DNA from: Ginkgo biloba
Taxonomy: Eukaryota; Plantae; Ginkgophyta
Direction of reading: 5' to 3'
Assembly: GCA_024626585.2 (NCBI GenBank)
Contig: JANKJI020000004.1
Location: 154,454,460 to 154,480,411, forward strand
Length of the DNA: 25,952 nt
Within the stretch, counting starts at the first letter, position 1, and every line of letters starts with the position of its first letter. Both the position numbers and the translations under genes were made by a program. Under the pieces are notes generated by a model. It was not told the DNA's origin. It did no database searches and was given only the letters and a program-made list of their open reading frames with translations. This document shows positions 12,401 to 23,288 of this stretch, piece by piece.

Positions 12401-13242
12401 CTCTCTTAGGCATGGGATATTTATTCTTCTACACACCTGCCTACAATAATAAGTGGTGACAAAGTGGAGTTAGTAGTCTTCGTAGTGTTGTTATTAAAAA
12501 ATGTCTACTATCTTACATTAAAACATCAACTACCATCATGGAATTACCTTTTATATATCATAACAACTTATAATGTGTCATGTAACTACTTCACTATCAT
12601 ATATTCGACTTTTATGAGCCAGGCCACTTCAAATGAAAAATAAATATTATCTAACTAACATAAATCATAATGCATTTCAAAGTTATTTAAATAACAACTA
12701 ATAGATTCTCTAATCATTCAAGGTGTGAAGGTCATTTGTTGAACTAATATGGAAAATATAATATTGAATGATTATGTTATAAATTTAAATCTTTTCTTGT
12801 ATTTCTAAATCTTGTCATATATTATAATCTCTTAGAGCCTAAAGTAGTAAGATGACAAAGGTAAAAAATTAATTTCCATGTTCAACAATTATACATTCTT
12901 AAGCAGGGATACTTANNNNNNNNNNNNNNNNNNNNNNNNNNNNNNNNNNNNNNNNNNNNNNNNNNNNNNNNNNNNNNNNNNNNNNNNNNNNNNNNNNNNN
13001 NNNNNNNNNNNNNNNATAGTCTACATGATGGAATACATATAAGAGGATGATATTATTGAGAAGAGATTTAATAATTTGGAAGATGGCATAGTGACTATCC
13101 TACAAATTCTAAAAGAGTTAAATCATTTAAAATATGAAAAGGTAAGGGCGTCACTTCAACATCTTAAAGAAATAGGATTTGAAAGCGAAAACTCTATTTA
13201 TCGAATCAAAAGACCATTGAAGCCATACACTAATGAGGTTCG

Positions 13243-13865
13243 CTAGGATGGAAGAGAAGGAGATTGTGATGGTGGGGATGGCACCGGAGCAGTAACAACA
13301 TTACACTTAAATGAGGAACAACTAACAGGATGAGAAAGGAATGAAGCACATTCCCTAAATGAGCGTTGGGCAGGCCTACCAGGAATGCAATTGAGACGAT
13401 CATTGACAACACCTCTGGATGGCAAAGCCAGGCAACTCGGTGGCTCCCCAGTAAAGTAGTTGTAAGAAAACGTGAAATTCTCCAAGTTGGGAAGTGCACA
13501 AATGCTCTGAGGAATCCTACCAGAAAGCATATTGTGTGCAACATCCAACTGCTCCAAGCTCACCATTCCCCCAATGCTGTTTGGCAGAGACCCAACAAAC
13601 TTATTGAAACTAACATCAAACACTGTCAAGCTCTTCAACAACCCAATTTCAGAAGGCAGACATGCTGTTAGATTATTGTTGAGAAGTATGATCTCATTGA
13701 GAGTATCAGCCATATTGCCGATGCTTGCAGGAAGGCAACCTCTCAAGTTATTATTAGCAAAAACGACAACAGAGACAGGAGAGTTCCCAAGATTAGATGG
13801 GATCTCAAAGTGGAACCTGTTGTTGTTGACAAAGATAGCATCCAAATCTTTGTCAAAGACCTCCT
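13243..13865 (-). CDS. LRX: Partial leucine-rich repeat extensin (LRX3/4/5-like): C-terminal LRRs, Cys-rich region and very short Pro-rich tail; terminal exon or gene fragment
   Basis: Stop-free translation EVFDKDLDAIFVNNNRFHFEIPSNLGNSPVSVVVFANNNLRGCLPASIGNM...LNEIILLNNNLTACLPSEIGLLKSLTVFDVSFNKFVGSLP...LEQLDVAHNMLSGRIPQSICALPNLENFTFSYNYFTGEPPSCL...DRLNCIPGRPAQRSFRECASFLSHPVSCSSFKC...SPPSQSPSLPS*. It carries the LRX hallmarks DLDAIFxNxNRF, LENFTxSYNxFTGE and NCxPGRPAQRS. The track's start at 13845 is an internal Leu (TTG). Similarity ends near 13866 at a pyrimidine tract plus CAG. Stop TAG at 13245-13243. Confidence 0.9.
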
Positions 13866-14136
13866 CTGTGAAGAGTGAAGGGCAAAATTGGAATGCAGAG
13901 TATTAACACTCGAGATTGTGTTTAGCCAAAAACATGTTGATTTAACTTGATCTATCAGGTTTCTGCAAACCCTTGTTCTATAGACCCTTTAACCACGAGG
14001 TCAAAGATAGTTGATAGATCTCCATGTTATGTCTGAAAAACTACATATATGACTATGGTTGATTGTAACCATAGTCAAATATAGATCTCACTCAAACTTT
14101 ATTTGTAATGAATAATTGGTGACTTGGAATACTTAC
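13866..14136 (-). other. Putative 271-nt GT-AG intron upstream of the LRX segment
   Basis: Minus-strand donor GGAA|GTAAGTA with GT at 14136-14135. Acceptor ttttgcccttcactcttcaCAG with AG at 13867-13866, at the point where LRX similarity begins. The pairing of these two sites is inferred. Confidence 0.4.
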
Positions 14137-14139
14137 TTC

Positions 14140-14520
14140 CCGTAGAGCCTTTTTTTTTTCTCCCTTTAACCCATACAGTGAGTCGGCACGGACTTGCCAC
14201 TACGTGGGTCTTGTTTAAGTCAATAAACCTTGATATTTTAAACAAATGCTATTTTAAACCTTTTTCTTCAAAGAAAATTATGTATCCATGGACTTTACGT
14301 AAGTACTAATAAATGCAATAATGTTCCAGCCAATGACGAATGAGACGTCCTCGTGCTCATTACCATGGACTATGTGGTTATGTTCACGTCAATATTGTAC
14401 ATTTAATTTCACCCGGGCGGCGCAAAAGAGTTAATAATATATGATTTATGTGGCGAATTTTTAGTGAACTCGACGTCATGGCAGCTCTCCTTTACAGACG
14501 GGCAGGCCAACGGACTTGTA
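14140..14520. promoter_or_regulatory. CpG-retaining island with clustered ACGT-core (bZIP-type) motifs; candidate promoter or enhancer
   Basis: About 17 CpGs in ~380 bp, against about 5 in the first 2 kb of the window (hand count). Motifs: TACGTGG 14201, TACGTA 14296, TGACG 14334, GACGTC 14344, CACGTCA 14385, GACGTCA 14472. Confidence 0.45.
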
Positions 14521-16346
14521 TGTGTATGGTTTAGCATTATGGGGTCAAACAACCATTTGCTTTAGTATGTAGTACAAATCGATAAATATATTTATTATTA
14601 TATTTTTAATAATTTATTNNNNNNNNNNNNNNNNNNNNNNNNNNNNNNNNNNNNNNNNNNNNNNNNNNNNNNNNNNNNNNNNNNNNNNNNNNNNNNNNNN
14701 NNNNNNNNNNNNNNNNNNGTATTTGGTGGAATAGCCTTTGTAGTGCTCATTGATAGAGGCCTCCTCTCAAGAGCTCATACAAAGAACCATATTCCATCCC
14801 TTGGGTGACCCTTGGAGTTTTTTTCATTCAAACATATTCTGCTGTGCTCATCAATATTTTTGCAAATTGATCTCCATCAAATGGCATCTCCAACGTCACA
14901 CCAATTAGCAACACTACTTTGGTGGGATCCCACCAATTAGAAACCTTTTCCATCTTAATCTCCTCCATTTGTTGAAGTATGTGCTTTATAGAAAAGTTTG
15001 TTAGTGCTTTACGAACTTCCAACAACTTTCCAAATGACCTTTGGCCTTGTCTTTGAAGGATACATTATCACAGCATGGATCAACTTATACTTGGTGGAAT
15101 GTAGATCTAGATATTCCCTAAATAGATATAGTGGTCATAATTTTACCATAAGTAATCCTTGAAAGCAATGCATTTCTTATTCCTGGACTTCATAACACAT
15201 CCTTCCTTACCCAAGAGATAAAAGGTGACTAGGATTGATTTGACTACTATCTTACCTGGCATAATTTCTATATCCCTATCTTGCCACTCACCATTATATC
15301 AATTGATGTCTCTTAGAGGCTATCCATATTCCTAGTAAGTCTAAGAGAGGTCTAGGTAACCTAGGGAATGGTGTGAGTGTGATAGGTTATGAAGTATCAT
15401 TAAAATAAAATTAAGGCATGTTCACTAAAGGAAAAAGGAAAGTTGGACCCTTGGAAAAGTTGAAGTGGTCCTAGAATGCCCAGTAAGATAAAAAGGATCA
15501 AGGATGATGTTTTATGAGAAAGGGACCCACTGACAATATTTTGAGCACATGCTTCAAGTCACATCAAGATGGAAAAGAAGGTAAAGAATCATATCCTGGG
15601 AGGTATTTCCTTCCTTCTTTTCTCAGGAGTTTCTCTTATCCCTAGGATGCCATAAGCCCTCAAACAATCACAATGCTCTCCTAGTGATCTTTCGTAAAAC
15701 CTGCCAGATCAAAGAGAAAGAGAAAATCCCAGGAGGGTTAAGAGGTGGTTGTGTATTCATGGTAATTTATGGCTGGTATTAATGACCTATCTTGTAACAC
15801 ATTGAAGTGGCATGCATACCACCTCATCAAAAGTTTAACAGGATCACCATCAACTAATGGGGGCATGATAGGTGGAAGATACTAATTGACTTTTTCCTTG
15901 GGGAACAAGGGAGGTTAATGATTTTTAACTCACCACTTTTAGCTTTTGTCACCTTATGTTCATTCAAATTTATATGCCTCCTCTTACACCAAGTCATAAT
16001 ACCTCNNNNNNNNNNNNNNNNNNNNNNNNNNNNNATGCAAATTAAAGGAATCTTAAATATTTTTTAAGATGAGCATTTTCAAATTATAGGAATTTTGTTC
16101 TAGGGGCCATAGCAACACGATAATTTTGGACAACAAAATCATTAGAAGATAGCTTGGACACATACATCTAAGAATGAGAGTAATTCACTATCGAGGATGT
16201 AGTCAAATAGTCCCATTTAGATTTTTTAGATCTGATGCACTCTNNNNNNNNNNNNNNNNNNNNNNNNNNNNNNNNNNNNNNNNNNNNNNNNNNNNNNNNN
16301 NNNNNNNNNNNNNNNNNNNNNNNNNNNNNNNNNNNNNNNNNNNATA

Positions 16347-16365
16347 TACATACATACATACATAC
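16347..16365. repeat. (TACA)n microsatellite next to a gap
   Basis: tacatacatacatacatac directly after the gap 16244-16343; the tract probably continues into the gap. Confidence 0.8.
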
Positions 16366-18100
16366 TACTGACTGCTTGAAAGGGAACCCCTATGTTTTCA
16401 AGATTTTGGTAGAAAATACTCATGGCAAGATCCATCACCCATGAAGAAGAGATATGTAAACGGTGACTAGTGGTGTTTGAGCAAGGATGGAAGGAGAAGA
16501 AATCATCGGGATTTTATGGTGCATATGCCCCTCCACTAAAGTCAAAAACAAATCATTCTCATGAGAAATAAGGTTTGGGAGACTTGCTATGGAAGAGTAT
16601 TCTTCCTAATTAGATCAATAAATAATATGAAGAATAGGGCCAGAGAATGAATTCATGTGTAATGATAAGGGATACACTTCTGCTTGGACTCTTTAATAAC
16701 CATTGTTGAACTAAGTCATTACATCACAAACAAAGATTGAGGAGCTTTATCTCTATGGAAGCTTCAATCACCCTGCTTGAACCAAGAAATATATTCCCAA
16801 CTAGAGAATAATTTCACAACCAGGGAGTGAGACCCAAATAAAAGGAATATGGATATCCTTGAATGATTTAATGTCCTTAGCCAAACCAGGGAATAATTTG
16901 ACTACTAGGGAGTAATTTCTAAAATTTTATCATAGAGAAGTTATACAAAAAAGGATTAAGATTGGTCCATAATTCTATAAACCTTCCCTACGTGATGGTT
17001 CTCCTTGGATAATTTAATGATCTTGGATGAACCAATATGCTTTTCATGACTAGGGAATCTCTTCATAATAAATTCCATGGACCCAAAATATAGTTAAATA
17101 AAATTAANNNNNNNNNNNNNNNNNNNNNNNNNNNNNNNNNNNNNNNNNNNNNNNNNATGCCATAGGTTAACAATACACATCCCAAGAAAAGGACATTAAA
17201 AAATGAATATGGTTCTCCCTATATGATTTGATGACCCTAGTTATACCATAGAATAATTTCACTACCAGGGGGAATTTGAAATCCAGATCAAGGAATAGTT
17301 GTATGAGTAAGGACTAAGACCTCCCCATGATTTTGTGAACCTATGCCATGATGATGGTTCTCCTCGAATAGTTTAATGACCCTCGGTAGAATAAGATATT
17401 GCTTACAACAAAAGAGTGATACCTAATGATAAGGGAGATAGTTCTCCCTTGATGTTTTAATGATCCTAACTGAAACAGGGAGTCATATCATAAACAAAGA
17501 TTAAATAACTCTATATCCTTAAAATGCTGAATCACCTTATCTAAAATAATGAACACCTTCACAACCAGGGAATAATCTTACTACTAGGGAGGCATTCGAA
17601 ATTTAGATCAAAGAGTAGTTTCATGAGCAAGGACCAAGATCGATCAATGATTTTACAAACCTCAGTTAGGTGAGAAATAGAAACAAGGGTGCCACATGGT
17701 AAATATGAATACTGGAGAGAATTCATAATAAAGGCTGTACACTTGAGATTAAATTAAAAAGGATAAATAAATTTGGTGTTTGTTGTTTAGGATTTTGGAT
17801 CTTGTGAAGTACTTGAAGGAGTGAAAGTGAGTTTTCACTTGCTATGAAATTGAAAGGAGTTTATTTATGTTTTTGTGATGAATTAGGATTAAAATAAATA
17901 AGTAAGGTAAATATTGGGATTTTGGGGTTTAGGCAATTCAAATGTATGTGTCTAAAAGTATTCTCTCAAAATCCCTGATAGTCCATGGACCCAAAATTTG
18001 GTTAAATGTAGTTAAAGGTAGGCCTTGAGACCTCACCCCATGATAAGTCTCATGCCATAAGTTAATGACATAAATCCCAAGAAATGGACATTCACAAAGG
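16366..18100 (+). repeat. Putative 5' LTR (or LTR-derived region) of a gypsy element, with internal sub-repeats; right boundary uncertain
   Basis: 16366-16846 is collinear with 21032-21523. Shared anchors: cttgaaaggga, gatccatc..ccatgaagaagag, ggagaagaaat, tttatggtgcatatgcccctc.actaaag, ctcatgagaa, tgaattcat, tctttaataacc, tcaatcacc, agggagtgagacccaaa. Downstream it has recurring gaataattt.ac.ac.aggg and gat.gttctcc motifs. The block ccatggacccaaaat...atgccata.gttaa...atcccaagaaa.ggacatt is duplicated at ~17074 and ~17983. Confidence 0.6.
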
Positions 18101-18789
18101 GAGGAAGAGTTCAGAGAATGTTGAGTGGTTAACTAGTAACGTAGATCTAAATGGAAGATTAAGAAATGATTCATTGAAGACTCACATCTAGATCTTGTAG
18201 GGTTATAGTCAGAGCTTGGGATTATGATCTTTCAACTCATAAATATTAAGGGCAACCCTCAAATAAATTAAATCTATGAAATTTAAATGACATGTCTATA
18301 AAGGCATATCAAATTATCGAGGTCAGGGCCCCTTAACAATCAAAGTTGGAAATGAATGTTTAACCAACAAACCCAACCAAACTACACTTTTCTATTGATA
18401 ATTATTTTGGAATTGCTTTCATAAGGACTCGAGAAATCAGAGTTTGAAAAATACACCTTGTATTCTATCAAGTGAATTCCATTTTCTTGAAGTCCCATAT
18501 ATCCAAAAAAGAAATAAATTGAGATGAATTAGAGATTAGGATCTTGACTGTGATGAAGGATTGTCATTGACTTGGTATGGTCATTTTCCCAATTGGTTGA
18601 ACCATGAGAGGGTGAAAGAAGGTGGGGACCATAAATTTTCAATGAAGACACACGGTGATATAAGACNNNNNNNNNNNNNNNNNNNNNNNNNNNNNNNNNN
18701 NNNNNNNNNNNNNNNNNNNNNNNNNNNNNNNNNNNNNNNNNNNNNNNNNNNNNNNNNNNNNNNNNNGCGATCTCTCATTACATAGAATT

Positions 18790-20905
18790 TGACCTATGAT
18801 GACCCCCAATTTGTGTTACATGGAGAACCTAAGGAAATTCTTCCAAAGATGAAAAGCATGTGGTATCTACCTAAATATTAGAAAATTAATTCTTGGGGTA
18901 ATAGAAGGGAAGATGATGGGGTACATAGTTTTAAGGAGGTGACCTATATTGATCTAGACTAAGTTAATGCAATTAGAGAATTGCCCCTTCTTATAGGAAA
19001 AAGAGTAGTGCAGTACTTCTTTGGGAAGATAAAATTTTTAAGGAGAATCATTATTGATTTTTCCCATGTCACCCTGCCCATAAATAAGTTGCTAAGGAAG
19101 GACACTAAGTTAAAATAGACTAAGGAGTCTAAGGAAGACTTTGACCAGGTCAAAGATTGGATTACCAAGGCTCAAGTTCTAATAGGGCATACTTTTGATA
19201 AAGACTTTAAAATTTACTCGTATGCCTCAAATGAAATGTATGAATCCATGATAATATAGAAGGATGAAAAGGAACAAGAAAGGTTGATTGTCTTCCTAAG
19301 CCAATAATAAAAATATTACCAACTTAGATATACATCAATGGAGAAGAAAGAATTCTCCTTGGTGAAATAAATTGAAGATTTAAAGCCCTATATCATCCAT
19401 AATCACACCATGGTTTACATACCTTTGTCCCCTATCAAAACCATGATAAATTAGGAAGAACCATTAAGAAGATCGGCCAAGTTTTTGGAGAATATTCTAG
19501 AATTTGATGTAGACGTCAAACCTATGAAGATCAAAAATGGTCAAGGGTTATATAGGTTGATTTCTAAATCTTAGGTCAACAACCTAGCCAATATGACAAA
19601 AGATAAAGACCCACGAGATGAAGAAATACTTAGTTTTTTGGTTCTAGACTAAGAGAATTCAAAATTTTATCCATTTTTTAAAAATATAACGAGTTACTTA
19701 ACTCATGGGGTTTGTTCAAACACCTCAATAAGAAATCCAAGAGATCCCTGAAGTTGATGTATTTTCCATATGTCATATTACAAGGCCAAGTATATTGAAT
19801 TATCTATGATGGAACCCTCCTCATGTGTCTTAATGTTAAGGAATTTATTTATTCTCTAGAATATTTTCATATTAGTGTGTGTGGAGGGCATTTCTCTATA
19901 GAGACAACTACCCATAGAGTCATAAGAGAAAGATACTTTTGGCTAACTATGTTTAGAGATGCCTTCCTAAAGGTAATAATTTGTTTTGCTTATCAAAAGT
20001 TTATAAGCAAGTAAAATCTAACATCCATGCCACTTTAGTACGTCAGTGTGGATAGACCCTTTGAGAAATGGGGATTATACTTTATTGGGCCTATCAACCT
20101 GAATTATAGTAAAGTTCATAATTTTACTCAATGGTTAGAGGCAATTTCAACCAAGTGATCCATAATGGTAGCAATAATAGAATTATTAGAATACACTATC
20201 TTACCATAATTCAATGTGCCTACAGTCTTGGTATTTGATAATCGTCCAAACTTTACTATAATCAACATGATAGATTTTAGTAAGAGGTATGGGATTTTCT
20301 TGTCCCCATATTCAAATTATTATCCACAAGGGAATGGTCTAGGAAGGGTAAAAAATAAGAATATGGTCCAAATCCTTAAGAGGACTATTAAGTAGAGTCA
20401 AAAGAGTTAGCACATCAAACTTTATCAATCCTTATGGGATGATCATATCACTCCAAAAGTAATTATTGGGTATTCCCCTTTTATGTTGGTGTATGGTAAA
20501 GAGGCATTATTGCCCACTAACCTATCCTTGGCATCATTACAATTGGAAGAAACTAATGTTAGGGATCTCCCCTTAATTAAGAAAAGGTTGTAAGAGTTTT
20601 TTATCTTAGAATAAAAGAGAGAGGAGGCCCAATAAATACTTTAGAAGGACTAGGAGAGAGTTAAGAAATATTTTGACAAGAGGGCGATGCTTAGAAAAGA
20701 TTTTAATCTAGGTGATAAAGTACTGATGTGGTACAAATTAAGTGACAAGTCAGGTGCCCATAAGAAATTTTTTTCCCTCTAGCTTAGCCCCTTTAAGTTC
20801 ACAAAATTAATTTGCAATCATACTTTTAAGTTGAATACTCTTAGAGGAGATATCCTAACCATTATGATCAATGGGCAATATCTTAAAGCATCCCAAAAAT
20901 ATTAG
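18790..20905 (+). mobile_element. Degenerate Ty3/gypsy (Tat-like non-chromovirus) pol: RT C-terminus, RNase H, integrase
   Basis: YMENLRKFFQR*KACGIYLNIRKLILGVIEGKMMGYIV (RT end), FDKDFKIYSYASNE (RNase H) and ILEFDVDVKPMKIKNGQGL. ORF 19823-20014 contains FHISVCGGHFSIETTTHRVIRERYFWLTMFRDA (integrase zinc finger). Also PFEKWGLYFIGPIN (~20058), SNYYPQGNGL (~20312), SPFMLVYGKEALLP (~20474) and INGQYLK near 20870. Many premature stops. Confidence 0.93.
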
Positions 20906-21031
20906 TCAAGGTACCATTGTATTATATATATACATATAGAGTTCTTACTTGTTTTTATTGTTCTCTAATATGATGAATAACCTAGTTTTTTACATAACCC
21001 ATATGGGGTGATGCTAACCAAGGAGGCCACT

Positions 21032-21547
21032 TGTTGACCCCTTGAAAGGGANNNNNNNNNNTTTTTTCGTATAAAATGCTCACAAAAGGATCCATCTGCC
21101 ATGAAGAAGAGGGATGTGAAGGGTGACTATTGGTATCCAATAAACGATAGTAGGAGAAGAAATAATCAAGAGTTTATGGTGCATATGCCCCTCTACTAAA
21201 GATTAAAATAATGGACCCAAAAATCTATCATGCTCATGAGAAGTAAGTTTCAAGAGACCAACTATGGAGGAGCCTTCTCCCTGATCAAATCAAGAACTAA
21301 TATGAGGACCAGGGATAGGGAGTGAATTCATATATAACAACAAGGGAGATGGTTCTCCCTAGATTCTTTAATAACCCTAGATGAACCAAGGATTCACAAC
21401 ACAAATAAATAGTACAGAGATCTATCTCCCTAGAAGACTCAATCACCATGGTTAAACCAAGGAAAACCTTCACATCTAGGGAACAATTTTATGACTAGGG
21501 AGTGAGACCCAAAGAAAAATAAGATGCCTCTCCTTAAACACTTCAAT
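21032..21547 (+). repeat. Putative 3' LTR start of the 18790-20905 element, preceded by a PPT-like tract; continues into a gap
   Basis: Starts TGTTGACCCC at 21032, about 130 bp after the integrase end and right after aaggaggccac, a decayed purine tract in the Tat-type GGGGGxxAC/TGT arrangement. Homologous to 16366-16846. Confidence 0.62.
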
Positions 21548-23288
21548 NNNNNNNNNNNNNNNNNNNNNNNNNNNNNNNNNNNNNNNNNNNNNNNNNNNNN
21601 NNNNNNNNNNNNNNNNNNNNNNNNNNNNNNNNNNNNNNNNNNNNNNNNNNNNNNNNNNNNNNNNNNNNNNNNNNNNNNNNNNNNNNNNNNNNNNNNNNNN
21701 NNNNNNNNNNNNNNNNNNNNNNNNNNNNNNNNNNNNNNNNNNNNNNNNNNNNNNNNNNNNNNNNNNNNNNNNNNNNNNNNNNNNNNNNNNNNNNNNNNNN
21801 NNNNNNNNNNNNNNNNNNNNNNNNNNNNNNNNNNNNNNNNNNNNNNNNNNNNNNNNNNNNNNNNNNNNNNNNNNNNNNNNNNNNNNNNNNNNNNNNNNNN
21901 NNNNNNNNNNNNNNNNNNNNNNNNNNNNNNNNNNNNNNNNNNNNNNNNNNNNNNNNNNNNNNNNNNNNNNNNNNNNNNNNNNNNNNNNNNNNNNNNNNNN
22001 NNNNNNNNNNNNNNNNNNNNNNNNNNNNNNNNNNNNNNNNNNNNNNNNNNGTTTTCTTACCTAGTATGATATTGGAAGGAAGTATAAAATGAGTCTATAT
22101 GTGTTTAAAGTACAAAAGAGTGATCATCAAAGAATGTTTTGATTTAGTATAAAAAATGAATATTTCCATCTACTAATTATATTCAAAATAACTAATGGAT
22201 TCATATTACCTCTAAGTTAGGTGAAAATTTCTAATCAGATCAATTCAAATGCACTCCCAAAGCTAGAAGCAATTTATGCAAAATTAAATTCCTATTCTTC
22301 GTCTCTAACTATTATAAAATGAATATTAATGAAATTAAATATCCAATAACTCTTTCATAGTCAAATAGAATAGGTATAATTAAGGGTGTTATAAGGTATT
22401 ATACATAATAAAGTTCCCTCCATATGAATAATATTGTGTCTTATAAGGTACCTATACTCTACGAATGCCTAATAGTAAATAAAGTCTACCTAACCTTTTT
22501 AAATAACCATTATCCAAGTGGTAGTATAAGAATATATTTTGATGGATATATTAAGGATTATTAAGGTTAATATAGGCATATCCAGTAGTTGGATCCTATT
22601 AATACATCTCTTTCTACTCAGTATACCCAAGGCACTTGGAATCTATAACACTTAAAGGTTTGTGATTAGTGACTTGTTTAGAAAGTAAGTGCACTTATTT
22701 AACACACAGTTTTTATATATGATTTCCAAATGGATAAATGAAAATTTCATATGGTTTTTCTCCTAAATTCCTCTATTATATTCTTTGCCTCAAGGTTTCT
22801 TTGTGTCCCTCCTTCTTACCATTACTTTTCTATGGGAATTTTTCCCAGTTCTTCTCTTGCCTACTCTTATAGTTTTCCATGTTGTGTAATGTTGTAGCTA
22901 TTTAACATCATCAAGAAGCAAAGCTTTATGGAGAATTGATCTCAAGCGAGAGACATTTTGGTTTGATAAAAATAAAATTTTCCAGTCTTATATTTCTGGT
23001 TATGTTGTGATGTATGTTCTAGAATGTTTAGTTTTCATTTAACAAAGTGTTATCATTCATTGATATTGATATGGTGATGTTGTTGGGTATCTTTAAATCA
23101 AAGTGATATGTTATATTACATGAGTTGTCTAGTAATGTCATCTAAACAAATATGAAATTATATATCCATTTACTCCCTAAAGATGAATGAACTAAAGAAA
23201 TATCCCCTTGGGTGGTTTTCTTAAGAGGGTGTATAGAATCAGTTACTCCTCATAAATGTTCATTTGTCATCTTGCTAGTTGAAGCTAT

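Noticed and set aside
9900-12900. Host exons or RNA genes in the AT-rich interval
   Set aside because: I found no recognisable protein motifs, tRNA cloverleaf or rRNA similarity by eye.
13200-13250. Helitron 3' end (CTAG) as the capture mechanism for the LRX fragment
   Set aside because: There is no convincing GC-rich subterminal hairpin before the CTAG on either strand, and the base after CTAG is not the expected T.
13843-13845. Start codon of the LRX ORF as given in the track
   Set aside because: It is a TTG encoding the conserved Leu of DKDLDAIF, and similarity continues upstream of it.
13230-13906. Overlapping ORFs 13230-13544(-), 13366-13671(+) and 13532-13906(+)
   Set aside because: These are alternative-frame or antisense shadows of the LRX coding sequence with no recognisable motifs.
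5774-22069. Long ORFs in the supplied track such as 5774-6406, 5792-6337 and 21524-22069
   Set aside because: They are open only because they run through N-gaps.
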